This document shows, piece by piece, positions 25,398-40,100 of a stretch of DNA of 64,000 nucleotides. Positions within the stretch are counted from its first letter, which is position 1, and each line of letters starts with the position of its first letter. This DNA is from Octopus vulgaris (taxonomy: Eukaryota), in NCBI GenBank assembly GCA_951406725.2, contig OX597826.1, positions 64,294,001 to 64,358,000 on the forward strand, in the 5' to 3' direction. The translations under genes were made by a program, and so were the position numbers. Under the pieces are notes generated by a model. It ran no database searches. It was not told the origin of the DNA and was given only the letters and a program-made list of their open reading frames with translations.

Positions 25398-28300
25398 CAC
25401 CCACACGTATACACACACACTGCACTAACAATACAAACAAAACAAATCACTCACAAATACAGCACATACATACACACATGCACATCCTCACACCTGAAAA
25501 ACTACATAAACCATACCCACATATATACAAACACACAAACACATACTCAGTACCAACATGCACAGAACGTACACACATACACACCACCCAGATAAACCCA
25601 ACACACACGGACTCACAGAACCCCTGATAAATACAACACACTCACACACACATACACACCCACACCACCATCACCAAGAGAATTATAAAAACACAAACAG
25701 ACAGACAGACACACTCACGTACATACACATTCACATACACATACATCATCCCCACCAACACAAAACACAAACATACACACGCACACACTTATGCATGTAT
25801 ACATGTATGTATATACGTATATGTATGTATGTATACAGGTATATGTATATATACGGGTATACACGTATACATATATACACACATATACATATATATATAC
25901 ATACACATACATATATACACACGTATACACACACACGTATATATATATATATATACACATATACATATATATACACACACGTATACACACACACACATAG
26001 ATATATATATAGATAGGTTTAAGAGACTGAATCACCCTCAAGCAACTCAATCATCATTGAACGATATTATCCCTGATAGGTACATATAGGACTAAATATA
26101 AAAAAAATTATCAAAATTAATACCTTCAATTCTTATTCTAAATCATATACATTACATTATATAGACTACGCGTGTTTCATGACAACATATTCATCAATAT
26201 TGCTGAAATAGAAGGTCTCAAAATACCATATTAAAAGGATTATTTTGCCAATCTTCATCTACATAGGTATATATACATATTTATACACATATACACACAC
26301 ATACTCACAGTTTTGAACTGCTAAACATTATTATTGCACTTCCTTAATTTGAATTTTAAACCTTTATACATTTCTATACATACATTTTTTGAATGCCCAT
26401 TACTTCGATAATGCTGCATTTTTACAGTTACACTTTTTCCATGACAGTAGATAAATTTTTTATTCCACAACATATTTGTAGTGGCTTCATGCAGGCATAG
26501 AGTGGATTCAATCCTCAATTGCCAGCGCTCTTCCACAGAAAGGAATATAGAAAAAAACAGGGAGAGAAAATAAAGAATGTGTAGTGGCTAGCGATCTATC
26601 ATGGTGAATATAGTTGTGAGTTTTTTTGATAATATAATAGGTTAGATAAGATGATGTCTATAATACAATAATCAATAATATGTTTTGCATGAATAGTAAT
26701 ATTACAATCATGAATTTAGCATTAGTTTATCTTATTCTTTCTTGCAGAATCTTAGGGTTCTGGGGAATCCAGGTTGAGAAACGCTGCTCTAGAGGATTTA
26801 TCAAAATTACGCGAAGACCTCTGCTTACGAAGACCTGTTGGGGCAAGTGAAATCGAAATTGAATCAAATTCGGTGACTGGTACCTGTGCCAGTGGAGCGC
26901 TAACAGCTCCATCCAAGCAGGATCACTGCCAGAGCAGTTGTCTGGCTTCTGTGCCGGTGGGCACATAAAAAGCACCATTTGAGTGTGATCATTACCAGCG
27001 TCGCCTTACTGGCACTTGTGCCAGTGGCACGTGAACAAAACATTTGAGCGAGTTCATTGCCAGTGCCACTGGCCTGACTTCTGTGCAGGTGGCACATAAA
27101 AAGCACGATTTACGAGTGTGGCCGTTGCCAGTACCGCCTGACTGGCTCTCGTGCCGGTGGCACGTAAAAGCACCCACTACACTCTCGGAGTGGTTGGCGT
27201 TAGGAAGGGCATCCAGCTGTAGAAACTCTGCCAGATCAGATTGGAGCCTGGTGCAGCCATCTGCTTCACCAGTCCTCAGTCAAATCATCCAACCCATGCT
27301 AGCATGGAAAGCGGATGTTAAACGATGACGATGATGATGAAAGGCAATTCAGACTAGCCCCTTATGAGAAGGAGAAACAGAATCAAGTATCGTCCAAAAT
27401 TAACATGTCATTAAGAAAATGAATAGGCTAATTGTCTGGAGATAAGGGAGCAGTCATAGTCATTACCAGTTAGAGAAGGGGGTGGAGGAGGATGAAGAGA
27501 AAAACAAATGTAGAGGTATTTATTGTAAATCTTTATTGCTGTACATTTTAAACAGGTGTTTGAGAAGTAGGGTGTGTCAAAAATACCCTTCAGACTATCA
27601 GTGATTGAAGCAGTTGAAAGAAGATCAACTTTCATGATTTATATTTGTTGTGTTCATTTCCTGCTTTTAACTATTCTGCTAATTTGTAAAATGTTTTACA
27701 CAAACTGTAGAAAAATATCAACTAAATATTCCAACTGCCTAAAGAAAAGGAAAACTACAGCGGGATAATGTAGGATTAGATGTAGTGTAGCAGATAAGAC
27801 ATGATGTATTCGATGTATGAAATAAATTTGATCATATTTCTGCTATGATCAGAATAGATGTGAGGCTACACAAAAAAAAAAAAACAAAAAAACTCAGAAA
27901 TTCTATTATTCTGCTTAGTTCTACATTAGACGAATGAAATTGATAAATTAGTTGAATTGTAGTTTCTTTTTTGTAATCTTTTCCAACATCAATATAGAAA
28001 TACTAAACCATTTAAATGAATGAACAAAGCAAGCTACTATACAGTCACACTTTTAGAAATAGCAATCAAATCTTGCTCAGATCTCATACAAATGTATTAT
28101 TTAGTCACACTAGATAATATACTTCCTGGTCATAGAAGTGCTAGGTCAGGACTGATCTGGGTTTAAAAAGAAATAACAAATATAAAGTCTATGTTCAAAA
28201 ACCATCACCATATTTACTATTTGTCACTATTTTAACACCTATTTTTTTGTCTTTGTTTTTACATCAGATTTAGTTAATTAGAGCTGTAATGTTAGAAAAT

Positions 28301-29088
28301 ACTTAAGTCTTGGGTCAGCTACTGACCCTCTTCTGCAAAGATCGAGTAAGGCACTCAATAGAATACTGTTCCCGCATCTGGGATAGTGTTGCTGATGCTT
28401 AAATGTATGATAAATACTCACACACTAAAGCAATAAGCACATGGACATACTGTCCCCTCAACCTGCTTTTTCTACCCCAACTATGATGGTTTCTGCTCTT
28501 CAGAGCTATTCTTGCTTATCACTTCCACCAATGTTCACTTATGGCTCCTCTTCTCATCCCCTATTCTGTGTCACCCTCCCAATACTTTACTAACCATTTC
28601 TACCTATCCTTCCACCCAGGATATAATCTCTCTGGAATTCCTTTCTCATCCATATTGCTCTCCCAGATATCGGTTTCAAATTTTGGCACAAGGCCAGCAA
28701 TTTTTGGGGAGTGAATAAGTCGATTGCATTAATACCAGTAGTCAACTGGTACTTGTTTTATTGACCTCAAAAGGATGAAGTAATCCATGACAGAATTTGA
28801 ACTCAGAATATAAAGACAGACAAAAGCATATTGCCTGGCCTGGCGTACTAACAATTCTACCAGCTCACTGCTTTATTTCCCCCACAGGTATTTACCAGCA
28901 TTGTAACCTGTACATCAGTCACATTAATTTCCCCACCTTTTCCTCTAATCTAATGGCTTTTTATTCTTAAGGAAGAGGCTGTACCTATTTCTTTGGGTGT
29001 CTGGATTCAGTGTCATTTCATCTGCAAATTTGAATGCTTTCATGACTCACCTAAAAGTTTCCTCTTGATGATGATGATGATAATAATG

Positions 29089-29119
<31 letters not shown>

Positions 29120-32100
29120 TAATAATAATGATAATAATTTAACCTTATTCCTATAAAAAAAAAAATGAATGAACTAGTGAGTTTAGTTTAATGGCCTACC
29201 AATGTATACAATGAGTTTCCTTGCCCTAGAAGTCGGGAAGACACTCAGCAAGAAATAGAAGCAAATTTGAAAGAAGAAAAACCCATAAATAATAATGATA
29301 ATAATAATAATAACAATAATAATAATAATAATAATAACAATAATAATAATATATGACCAAATGTAATACCAGGCAGTGGCTCTCATGGTTTTTGATCTTA
29401 ACTAATTGGAAGTGTTATCATGTACATTGTTTTGTCTTGGTATAAAAGATGGGTTACAGCAAACATTCTGCTCAATGCCACAGATTTGCTTGTCAGTTGT
29501 TTGACCTTAACCAGTTGAGCATGTCCCTTAGTGGCTGACAATATGTGCATCTCTGATCATGAGCAGAAGTAGTGGGGGAGCATCACAGCCATGTGTTGAG
29601 AGGGATTCTTTGGGGTTTGAATAATTCATCTCTGAAAAGATGGGTGTTTCATTCAATATCCTTGAACAATCCTTATTCAATGACCTTTTGAGTGGGAGGG
29701 GCTACTTGACCTGAAGAAAATTTTAACTGGGCCCCACCTGCAAGGCCATGCACTGTTTATTTTGATATGAAATCCCCATGTCATGCACATATGATTGTGA
29801 TGCATGTGCCTAGTGCACCCTTATTAGACAGGTAGTCATGATGGGTATACTGGGCTTCGTATATTTTACTCCAGTATCGCTGATAATAATAACACTTTCA
29901 AGTTTTGGCAAAAGGCCAGCAATAAGTCAAGGATCAACTGGTACTTATTTTATCAACCTCAAACAGATAAAAGGCAAAGTCAATCTTGGCAGAATTTGAA
30001 CTCAGAACATATCAACAGAAGAAATGGTATTAAGCCTTTTGCCTGGCATTCTAACAAGTCTGCCAGCTTGTTGCCTTAATAATAATAATGGTTTCTATTT
30101 TTTTCATAAGAACAGCGATTTGGGGGGAGGGAGTAAGTTGATTACATTGACCCCAGTAATCAGCTGGTACTTGTTTTATTGACCTCAAAAGGATGAAAGC
30201 AAAGTTGACCAAGGCAGAATTTGAACTCAGAACGTTATGACGTATGAAATGCCACTAAGCATTTTGCCCGGCATGCTAACAATTCCACCAGCTTTCTGCT
30301 TTAATAATAATTATAATAATAATCTTTTCTACTATAAGCACAAGGCCTGGATTTTGTGGGGAGGGAGATAATCGATTACATCGACCCCCAGTACTCAACT
30401 AGTACTTAATTTATTGACCCTAAAAGGTTGAAAGGCAAAGTCAAATTCGGTGGAATTTGAACTTAGAATGTAGCGACAGACAAAATACCTATTTCTTTAC
30501 TACCCACAAGGGGCTAAACACAGAGAGGACAAACAAGGACAGACAAACAGATTAAGTCGATTACATCGACCCCAGTGCGTAACTGGTACTTAATTTATCG
30601 ACTCTGAAAGGATGAAGGGCAAAGTCGACGTTGGTGAAATTTGAACTCAGAATGTAACAGCAGATGAAATACCACTAAGCATTTCGCCCGGCATGCTAAC
30701 GTTTCTGCCAGCTGGCCGCCTTAATAATTATAATAATAGGTTATTGTATATAGTGCTCAGGTGTACTGCAACTCATTAGAAAGAAGTAAAAGTGGTGACA
30801 AAAAGTGGTAATAAGTCAAGTAAAGGAAGACAACAATGAAAGCCAAACGTACATGTACAATACACAGAATAAAACAGAGAAAAGTGAATTAAAAGATGAT
30901 GAAGAGGAAAGGGTGTTGAAGCACATCAAGAATAGTGTTGGTGAATTGCAGGAAGCATGGAATTTTTGAAGAATACAGTGTCCTGACAGCTACCAACCAA
31001 CATGGGTTATTTATCCCATGCTTCAACACTTTGAGCATGAAAAATTATTTCTGAAGGTTATGGGTTCTGCATTGTTTTCTGATTTTATAAACACGTCAAT
31101 GGGGATTGGGAGAGATATTGAATTCAAAAAGGTGGCTATAGTTATTGGAAGGGTAGTGGACAATCTTGTGAACTTCTACCTATTCAGCTGCTTGATGTCT
31201 TCCTTTGACCAATATCTACCACAGATACCTTCCCGTATTAACTTTACACATAGAAATAAACACCTCTAAATTATTAGTAATTGTATAAGACTATACATAT
31301 ACTTTATTTAGCTGCAGTAAAATGTTCAAGGCTTAGATCTTATAGTTATTATTTGCAGTGACCAAGTATTTATCTTTTCCCCCTCTACTATTACAATAGA
31401 TATATTACTGATGATGATGATGACGACAATGAAAGCAATAGTAATGAAGGCTTTCACTTAGTAAGTAAATATGAAAGCATTAATTAAAAACTGTGGTTTT
31501 GAAAAGCAGCCAAATGTTATCATTTTCAACAACCACAACAAATACAAATTAAAGACACTAACATTACAAAACTATATGGCAATAAGCTAAAAAAAACAAT
31601 GAATTAATGAAGTACATAATTACATGCAAAACATTACACCAAAACATTCTGTCACACCCACAATCTGGACCAATGGATAATTTAAAAAAATCTCTGGCCT
31701 GGCAGTGCTATTAGGGAACGTTGCCTGTTCAAGATAAACTTTACAGGCACGGAAGTGCCGTCAGCTGTGCATGTCCGAGATGTGCACAGGACAATGAGAT
31801 GGTCCTGCATGCACTCATCTAGTGCCAGAGCATTGCTGATCTGTGAGTTTATGTCGGACACCTGCTGTCCAATGTGAGATGGATCTGGCTGTCAACTGAA
31901 TCCATCATGAAGATTGTCCCTTTAACTGAAAACGATATATATATATATATAACCATGCCTCAGTCTATTACATATATGTTACATTTGTTAATTAAATCCT
32001 TAACCCTTTAGCATTTAAACCAGCCATATTCAGCCAAAATATTCTACCTGTTTTATGCTGAAACTGGTCATATCCAGTCTCTTACACCAGCCCTACAATA

Positions 32101-33568
32101 TCATTCTAAAAATTAAATCTCAAAGCTATGGAGATAATACACGATTAATCCAAAACAATGTGAATAAATAAGTATAACATTTGACAGAGTAATCTGAATG
32201 GTAAAGGGTTAAACATATAGTATTGATTTTTTAAAAAGGATCTTCAATGTTTGTTTATCTTATTATCTTTAACACACAGATTTGAGTAAACAGTGATTGA
32301 GACCCTACAGATATGAAACACATCAATATGAACAGACAACAAAGACTCTAGGAATTGAAGTTTTAGGAATTACATACAGCAAGAAGACAGAGATGACAAA
32401 ACAAGGAATAAATACAAATACTGACAATTCCCTGCAACATGTTTCACAACAGGGAAACATTAAATGGTAGATCTAACTTCAGAGAAGTAACATTTAAGAA
32501 ACAAACAAACATATATATATATATATATATATATAAACATTTACATCATACACAAATAAGTATGATTGTGCAGTTAAAAATTTCCTCTACAACTAACATG
32601 GTTTCACCCTGCTGTGTGACACCTTAAGCAAGTGTCCTTTATTATAGTCTTACACTGATTAAAATTTTGCAAATGAAATTATAGAGAGGCAGAAACTATG
32701 CTGTAACTAATCAGATGCATGTATGTGTGTCCTGCATTGGTTAGTCCCCACCACTCCCGCCAAGAAAAAATTGCGGAAGATTAATTTTTAGTCTTCAGCA
32801 CTACCTTAGTTGCTTCCCCTTATAACTGTGCAGTCTTTTATTCTCAGAGGTTAATATAATAAGACCCAGTCATTCACTTTTCCATGCCAGCATGAGTCAG
32901 AAGGAATTTGTTGAAATGGATTTTCTGTGGTTAAATGCCCTTATGTTGCCAACCCTTACCTGTTTTCCAAGCAATGTAGTATTTTCCCTTATCTAGACTG
33001 GTTGTATCATTTTCCAAACAATCTCATAAGGGCTTGACAAGTGTGCTGACACACATGCATGCATGTACATATGAACTTCTTTCAGTTTCCATCTACCAAA
33101 TCTGCTCACAAAACTTTGGTTGGCCTAAGGTTTTAGTAGAAGATACTTGCTCAAGATACTGCACAATGGGACTGAACCCAAGATCTCATGGTTGGGAAGT
33201 AACCACAAAACCATACCTGTCCCTATGTATGTATGTAAGATCTCATGGTTTGAAAGTAACCACAAAACCATACCTGTCCCTATGTAAGATCTCATGGTTG
33301 GGAAGTAACCACAAAACCATACCTGTCCCTATGTATGTATGTATGTTAGTTAGTTAATTTGGCTCAAAAGCAAATAGCAAGGCCATGAAGGGGGACATGG
33401 AGTTAAGTACAGGGTGGTGTTCATGTAAAGAGTTCAGGCCGCTTGAGGTCAATGGAGGCTTTGAACAAAGCGGTCGTCGGCATCTTCACCATCTCGTCTG
33501 GCAGCTTGTTCCACGGATCCGCAACCCGTATGTATGTATATATATGTGTGTGTGGGTGTGTAGGTATA

Positions 33569-33599
<31 letters not shown>

Positions 33600-34088
33600 A
33601 TGTTTTTCTTTGAGTTTTATCCAAGCTCTTAGAGTTCAAGCTGGTTGCTAACAAAGTGACAAGACGTTTTGAGTTAAGAGAGTTCCCTGTGTTTGTAGAC
33701 ATGTGGTTGAGTTGGTGTGTTGGTTGAGCTGTTGGAAAATCATTGTCATGTCTTATAAATCTTCACTGTGCAACTAAAAGATTGGATTTGGAGAATCTGT
33801 GTAAATTTCTTTTGCTTTTTCTTTGAAAAAATTAGTGTTTCTAGTATTTTGTGTAAATTTGTTGGTACATAGCCTAATGCACCTATGATGATAGGTACAA
33901 ATGAAAATTTATAGTGTGTGCATGTCAGAATGAACTGGGTGTTTTCACACCTTTTTTACCATAAGAGAGATATATTCTCCATGGTAACTACAGTGTATTT
34001 ATCTTTTAGCAGTTGAAATATGTCACAAACATTTCAACCAACCTAAATTCTGCTTATGCCTAAACGTTGCTTAGCACTAACATTTCGT

Positions 34089-34127
<39 letters not shown>

Positions 34128-35487
34128 TGATAAAGGGTGTTTTTTTTCTAATTTATATATATATTATATTTTGTGAAATTTGATTTAGTATTTCTAAATT
34201 GAATTTTTCCCTGTAAGTTTGGAATAATATTCCCTCATATTATTATTATTAAATATATATATATGAATTGATAAAAGGTGTTTTTTTTTCTAATTTTTAT
34301 ATATATATATATATATATATGTATTATTCATATATGCTCTTGACAATGGTCCCCCAACTGACTGCAATCCAGTGACTAAAATCAGTAAAAGATTAAAAGA
34401 ATAAAAATAAATAAATATATATAAAATTAGCTGATAATGGTTGCAACTTCAGCAAAGCATAGTTTAAAAAATTTTTTTTATAGAAATCAGCAAAAGACAG
34501 ATGGGAAGCTATAAGCTCTTTAACATTAATAGAATCATTGAAATATGTGTAGTTTTTTTTAATTTTGAGACACATGAAATGGGTACAAGAGATAAACAAA
34601 AAGCAAGAGTGAGATATTAAAGACTTGGTTTAAATTTCCAAATATTTTGATGTTGCCTATGAAATCTGACCCAACCTGTATGTGGGTTGTCTGACCCAAG
34701 CTGTATAAGAAATATGATCCAACCTGTATGTGGTTGTCTGACCAGCTCAACTTAATAGCCAAATCTCTTTCAAATCATACATACTTAAAAAACAATTTAA
34801 CGGGCAGATTTAATATGAAGTCCTTAATAAAATAGGATGGTCATAGATAGAATACTTTTGATGATAGAACTACTATCAAGACTGACCTGAACCAACAACT
34901 ACAAACAACTACCAGTACACAAAATACTTAGTGAGAGAAAGTGTGTGTGTGTGTGTGTTGTATTAAAAATATGCCAACTGCTTTAGTTTAATCTTTCCTA
35001 TTTTAGTATTTTTTAACACATTTTTCTGAATTCTAGACTGTTCGTTTGGTACAGGGAAGTTTTAGTGGTAAACAAACCTAAGTATTCATTGTACATAACT
35101 ATTAACATATATCAATGTATTCTACTTGCGTTTCTTCCCTCCCTCTCTCTCACACACACATACACACACATACATACATATATATAAATTTATATAAATA
35201 AGAATAAGATCGTTATTTAAGTATTGAACTTATCAAGTGGCCAGCATGGGAATAAAAACCTTCAAAGGCAATAATTTCAATGTGGTTTTAGAGTCAAGTT
35301 TTGGCTGCTATTTCAAGTGTGGTGGTATCTCTTAGATACCCTAAATTATAATTATATATATATATATATATATAAAAAATTAAATTAGAGATAAAACCAC
35401 TATTAGGCAACTCAAACAGTGAAATATACTGTGAAATTTGATTTAATCCTAAATCTAATTATTCCCTGTAAGTTTGGATATACTCCC

Positions 35488-35542
<55 letters not shown>

Positions 35543-36394
35543 CCAGGTGTTTAGTGATCAGAAGAGCATTCAGCAGTAAAACAATACCTCCATAATATAT
35601 TCATCTAACTCATGCTAGTATGGAAAAAATTAATATAAAAAGGATGGAATAAATGTCATGTTCCACTTTTATTTTGAATAACATAACTTAGCATTTTGAT
35701 AATGAAGATTGATAAAATAAGCACAAAAGTAAAATAACTTTGGCAGAAGACACTTGCTATAGTAAAACTACATAGTTAGGAAGCAAGCTATTTAATCCCA
35801 CAGCCATGCTTGCACCTATACATATATATAAAAAGGGGTAGAGATCCCCTTCAGTCATGAATGGCCATATAATTGCATCTAGAAAGTTACCCTCCGAGGC
35901 ACAAGTCTGGGCAAGGTTGTTTATGGAAGACTAACAGTCACTTATGCATTCCAGCTTCCCCTCTCCATGCCATCGATGCTGGCAAAGGTAAAGGCCAATA
36001 CAGCTTGGCACCAGTGATGTTGCAACTCATTTCTACAGCTGAGTGAACCAGAGCAATGTGAAATAAAGTGTCTTGCTCAAGAACACAATTCACAACCTGA
36101 TCCAGAAATCAGTGCCTGACACTCTAACCACTGAGCCATGCATATATTACAGGTCATAGAAAAAACAGCTTTGCCATCAAGTTATACTCTTTTACTCTTT
36201 TACTTGTTTCAGTCATTTGACTGTGGCCATGCTGGAGCACCGCCTTTAGTCGAGCAAATCGACCCCGGGACTTATTCTTTGTAAGCCCAGTACTTATTCT
36301 ATCGGTCTCTTTTGCTGAACCACTAAGTGACGGGGACGTAAACACACCAGCATCGGTTGTCAAGCAATGCTAGGGGACAAACACAGACACACAA

Positions 36395-36432
<38 letters not shown>

Positions 36433-36874
36433 TATATATGTATATATATATGACAGGCTTCTTTCAGTTTCCATATACCAAATCCACTCACAAGGCATTG
36501 GTCAGCCCGGGGCTATAGCAGAAGACATTTGCCCAAGATGCCATGCAGTGGGACTGAACCCGCAACCATGTGGTTGGTTAGCAAGCTACTTACCACACAG
36601 CCACTCCTGCGCCTATGTTATAGTTGCACAATGTACAACAAATTTCACTCAACTGTTTATTCAGTAAAAGCACAACTCCTGCTTGTGTGTATTACTATTA
36701 TTGCTCAACAACGATGTCTAAGCTATATGTAAGAAAGTATTTATATCTAAATTGTATGTTACTTCGTGTAAGATGGTCTATTATTAAAAGTAAACATAGG
36801 AACATCTACATGACATCTTGACCTAGAAATAGAAACCAAGTCTCCTTCATGTCACAACTTAATATACTGCCTTC

Positions 36875-36905
<31 letters not shown>

Positions 36906-37083
36906 GCATATAATGCCTGAAAGTAAGATAGATGATCAAGGATAAGCTTGACAATAAGAACAACTCTGGCTGTCTCTCTTCTGAGATGTGTAACATTTTA
37001 GAAAATACATCTGAACAGAACATTTTTCAAATGCTAAGGTTTTATGCTCTAGTAAAATCATTTCCAGCAGCTATAAAGGTCAT

Positions 37084-37156
<73 letters not shown>

Positions 37157-40100
37157 GGGATGTAGAGAAATACAAAAAAGAAAGAAAAAGATGGTGTGAG
37201 AGAGAGAGAGAGAGAGAGGAGAGATGCAAACTAGTAAGTTACTTAGATACTATTTATTTTCCAATCGCCTTCAAAATTTGAATAAATGAAATTTGTCGAA
37301 GAATAATACAAGACTTGGGAAACATGCAATGGCATTAGGAGAACACTACTACGGACAAAACTTTAATATTAAGATGGAAGAATGAGAAAGGAATCAAGAC
37401 GAAAAGAAATCAATGATAATGTTACATAGGTTTTGCTTCATCGCGTTACTACTGTAGACAAGTCATATAAATCACAGAAGGTTACTCTGCCATATCTGGG
37501 TGGTGTTCTGATGTGTTACTATTTACCTTTTACTTGTTTACAGTCGTTGGACTGTGGCCATGCTGCAGTACCACCTTGAAGGATTTAGTCAGACAAAAAT
37601 TTCTTTTTTTTTTAAGTTCAATACTTATTCTATTGTTCTCCTTCACCAAACTCAATGACAGAGATCTAAACGAACCAGCACTGGTTGTTAAGCTGTGAGG
37701 GGACAAACACAAAGGGTCACATACAGATGCACATGCAACGGGCTTTTTACATAGTTTCCATTTACCAAATTTACTTGCAAGGTATTGGTCAACCCGAGGC
37801 TATAGTAGAAGACTCTTGTCCAAGATGCTATGCAGAGGGATTGAACCTGAAACCACTTTGGTTGCAGAGTAAGCATCTTAACCATACAGTCATGCCTTCA
37901 CTTTGATCATAAACCTATTCAATAATGACTGGACTAGAACCAGACAACAACTTCACTTGCTTCAGGTTATCTAACTAAAACAAACAAACAAAGGAAACCC
38001 ACTTCTCTAATAAACATTAATCCATAACCTACAAACATTGTTGTATTGGCATCCTTTCTGTCTCGGGAGACAATGGAGTTGCGCATTTTTTTTTTTTTTT
38101 AATTAAATTTTTTTTTTAGGTCTAGTCCGGCTGTTATATTTTATTTCCTGTTACATTTCCTGCTGTGGCTGTGTAGTCCTATCCTGGACAAACACTCCCT
38201 CTGGCAGGTACTGCAAATGTAGCGAAGACTGTTCCTGGCTGGTTGTAGTGCCATGGTCTCTTGTTTATGTCTCTTCCTTTCTTTCCATTTCTCCTCTCTC
38301 TCTCTGTCACTCCTCTGTATACCCTCTTTTACTGTACGTCACGATTCTCCACGGTTGCCGGCGACTGCCTCCCAACCGCTAATGTTGATGTTGCAGGCCT
38401 TCATATCCCTTTTGCAAACATCCTTAAATCGTAAGATCGGTCTACCCACAGACCTAGTACCCCTAGCAAGCTCTCCGTAGAGTATGTCCTTGGGGATTCT
38501 GCCATCTTTCATACGGCTAACATGCCCAAGCCATCTCATACGTCTTTGTGTGAGGAGTGCAAACATGCTTGGTATTCCTGCTTGCCTGAGGACATCTTTG
38601 TTGGGGATATGATTCTGCCATTTGATGTGGAGGATTTTTCGGAGGCAGCGCAGGTGAAAGATGTTTAGGCGACGCTCTTGGCGTGTGTATAGCGTCCAGG
38701 TCTCGCTTCCATACAGTAGAGTGCTGAGTACACATGCCTGGTAGATCTTCATTTTTGTGGTCTTGGTCAGCTTAGTCAAACAGATTAGAAGTCACCTTGC
38801 TCGAATAGACTAACATCATATACATCACTAGTTCTTATTTTACTGAACCCTGAGGAGTGAAACACAAAGTACAGGAGCAGGATCTCCAGACAAATTTTGC
38901 TACCGGATGATCTTTTGTTTATCTTTTGTATATAAGATGTTTCAGCTGCTTTCTGAAGTTTGACAGAATTTGGGTTTAATATTTGATATTGATCTTAGCC
39001 ATAAGGCTGTAGTTTTGATTTTGTATCTACTTCATCCACTGAATCAAGTGACCACTGAAAGTACATTGCTACTCTAGCTTCAGCTACAGAGTGAGTATGG
39101 ATGTATGTATGTATTAGTGAATGAATGAATGAATGAATGAATTAATTAATTATAACTTTTCCAAGAAGAGGACTGTGACAGCCTTCAAGCTTTCATCAGA
39201 CTGTCCGACAAAGGCTATCAAGATGAAACGGAGTCACTGTCATCACTTTGCTTATAAAAGTTGAATATGTACTCTACAAAAAGTATTGAGTAACCCTTCA
39301 GTTTAATGTTAAATTTGTATTATTATAACTCGACATAAAAACAAATAGTATATGTATGTCAATATACATTTCTATATTTGTATGCATGTTTGTATTTAAG
39401 TATGTATTATGTATGCATGCAGCACTAATTTTACAGTTGAATGGCTAGCATGTAAAAAGATCACCTGCTAATGACAAAGTAACATATATTTCAATACAAA
39501 TGTATAAATCTAAAGAATCACTTAATCGTATACAGGTCAATGAGTATAACAATAAACTATTTCTAGACATTGTGTATAATATATTAAAGCTATGATACAT
39601 CGCAACATAGTGCAGTGCTCCAGAAAGAAAAAAACTATAGATTCTACAGAAATCTTTGCAAAGGAAATGGAAGTAGGTTCAAGACATTTTGTAGCTTATG
39701 CCAATAAAAAAAAAATAAATAAAAATAAACTAAGGAATAAAAAAAATGTTTCCCAAAACAAGTTGTATTAAAGAAATATCTTATGGTTCCTAGAAACTAA
39801 AATTTGTCATGAAATCTCAAGAAATTTTAGAAGTTAAAATATTTGTTGAACATTAAATTCTGTTAAATCATTCCAGAATGTTTTGATTTTTGTGTGTTGA
39901 AGATGAGTGAAAAAGCAGAATCATTAAAATTATGAGCTATTTGAAAATAATTCCTCTGAAACAGTGAATTATTATATTCATTATAATCATTATCATTTAA
40001 TGACCATGTTCTATATTGACATAGGTTGGACTGTTTGACAGGATCTGATGGACCCAAAGACTGCATTATGTTCCAGTACCTACTTTGGCATGGTCTCAAT

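Noticed and set aside
25233-26089. Long Y/I/H/T/V/C-rich ORFs
   Set aside because: Translations of dinucleotide microsatellites
39190-39205. CTGATGA hammerhead-core motif on the minus strand
   Set aside because: No properly placed stem II, GAAA and cleavage triplet
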